Positions 63,418-64,000 of a DNA stretch of 64,000 bases are shown here, piece by piece. The notes beneath the pieces are model-generated. The model was not told the origin of the DNA. It worked only from the letters and a program-made list of their open reading frames with translations, and ran no database searches. The number at the start of each line of letters is the position of its first letter. Position 1 is the stretch's first letter. Position numbers and translations under genes: made by a program. Origin of the DNA: Eledone cirrhosa (Eukaryota); assembly GCA_964016885.1 (NCBI GenBank), contig OZ024762.1, positions 21,142,001 to 21,206,000 on the forward strand. The letters are read 5' to 3'.

Positions 63418-64000
63418 ATATATATATATATGTGTGTGTGTCTGTGTCTGTGTGTGTGTGTGTGTGTGTGTCTGTGTATGTGCGTGTTTGTGTGTGAATA
63501 TATATATATGTGTGTGTGTATGTGAGTGTGTGTGCGTGTCAGTGTGTACGTAAGTACAGAAATACACGCACACACACACAAACAAACAAACACACAAAGA
63601 TACTCATACATCCATTGTCAATTCCCTCACGTGTACTAAGTGTGTGTGTTTTTCTTCCAATGTAATTAGTATGTGTTCTTGCATATAATTAAGATGAATA
63701 AAGCTAATAGAAAATTCTATTAGTTGACAATATGTTTCACAAAGTATGATATTTTACAATCAATTACTCGTATTCTGTAGGAGTTCCTGATAATGTCAAG
63801 CCATTGCGATAGTCTTCGTTTAGGTTTATAGGATTTAAAGGACCCTCGAGTATTTATTACACAAATTGGATTCGGAGTAGATTTGGGCATCTATTTTCTA
63901 CTTTCTATTCATTAATATTATTATTATAATTATTTTTATTATTATTGTTATTATTATGTTTATATATATATATATGTATATATGTGTATATATATATATA

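Noticed and set aside
63065-63611. ORFs with HT/CV/YI repeats here and throughout the window
   Set aside because: Translations of (CA)n, (TG)n and (TA)n microsatellites.

Overview
AT-rich, microsatellite-dense animal genomic DNA. The SINE/LINE repertoire points to an octopus or other coleoid cephalopod (inference). The main gene is a complete multi-exon DNA polymerase theta (POLQ) on the minus strand. I reconstructed 27 GT-AG coding exons by hand from 57607 to 17721, all phase-compatible, giving about 2502 aa: SF2 helicase, long low-complexity linker, A-family polymerase. Introns and flanks contain RTE-clade LINE fragments (one 2-kb stop-free RT), two tRNA-derived SINE families, piggyBac-, mariner- and Merlin-type MITEs and several minisatellites. 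Two things stand out. (1) At least four sequence-unrelated families of fold-back (palindromic) elements, mostly beside (TA)n tracts, carry minimal type-I hammerhead ribozyme motifs, back-to-back on both strands in the intact copies. They look like non-autonomous Penelope-like elements; two families have a second copy in this window. (2) An antisense copy of POLQ coding exon 10 plus its upstream intron sits 17 kb away inside the same pre-mRNA and could form long-range dsRNA affecting ADAR editing, splicing or back-splicing. All alignments and folds were done by eye.
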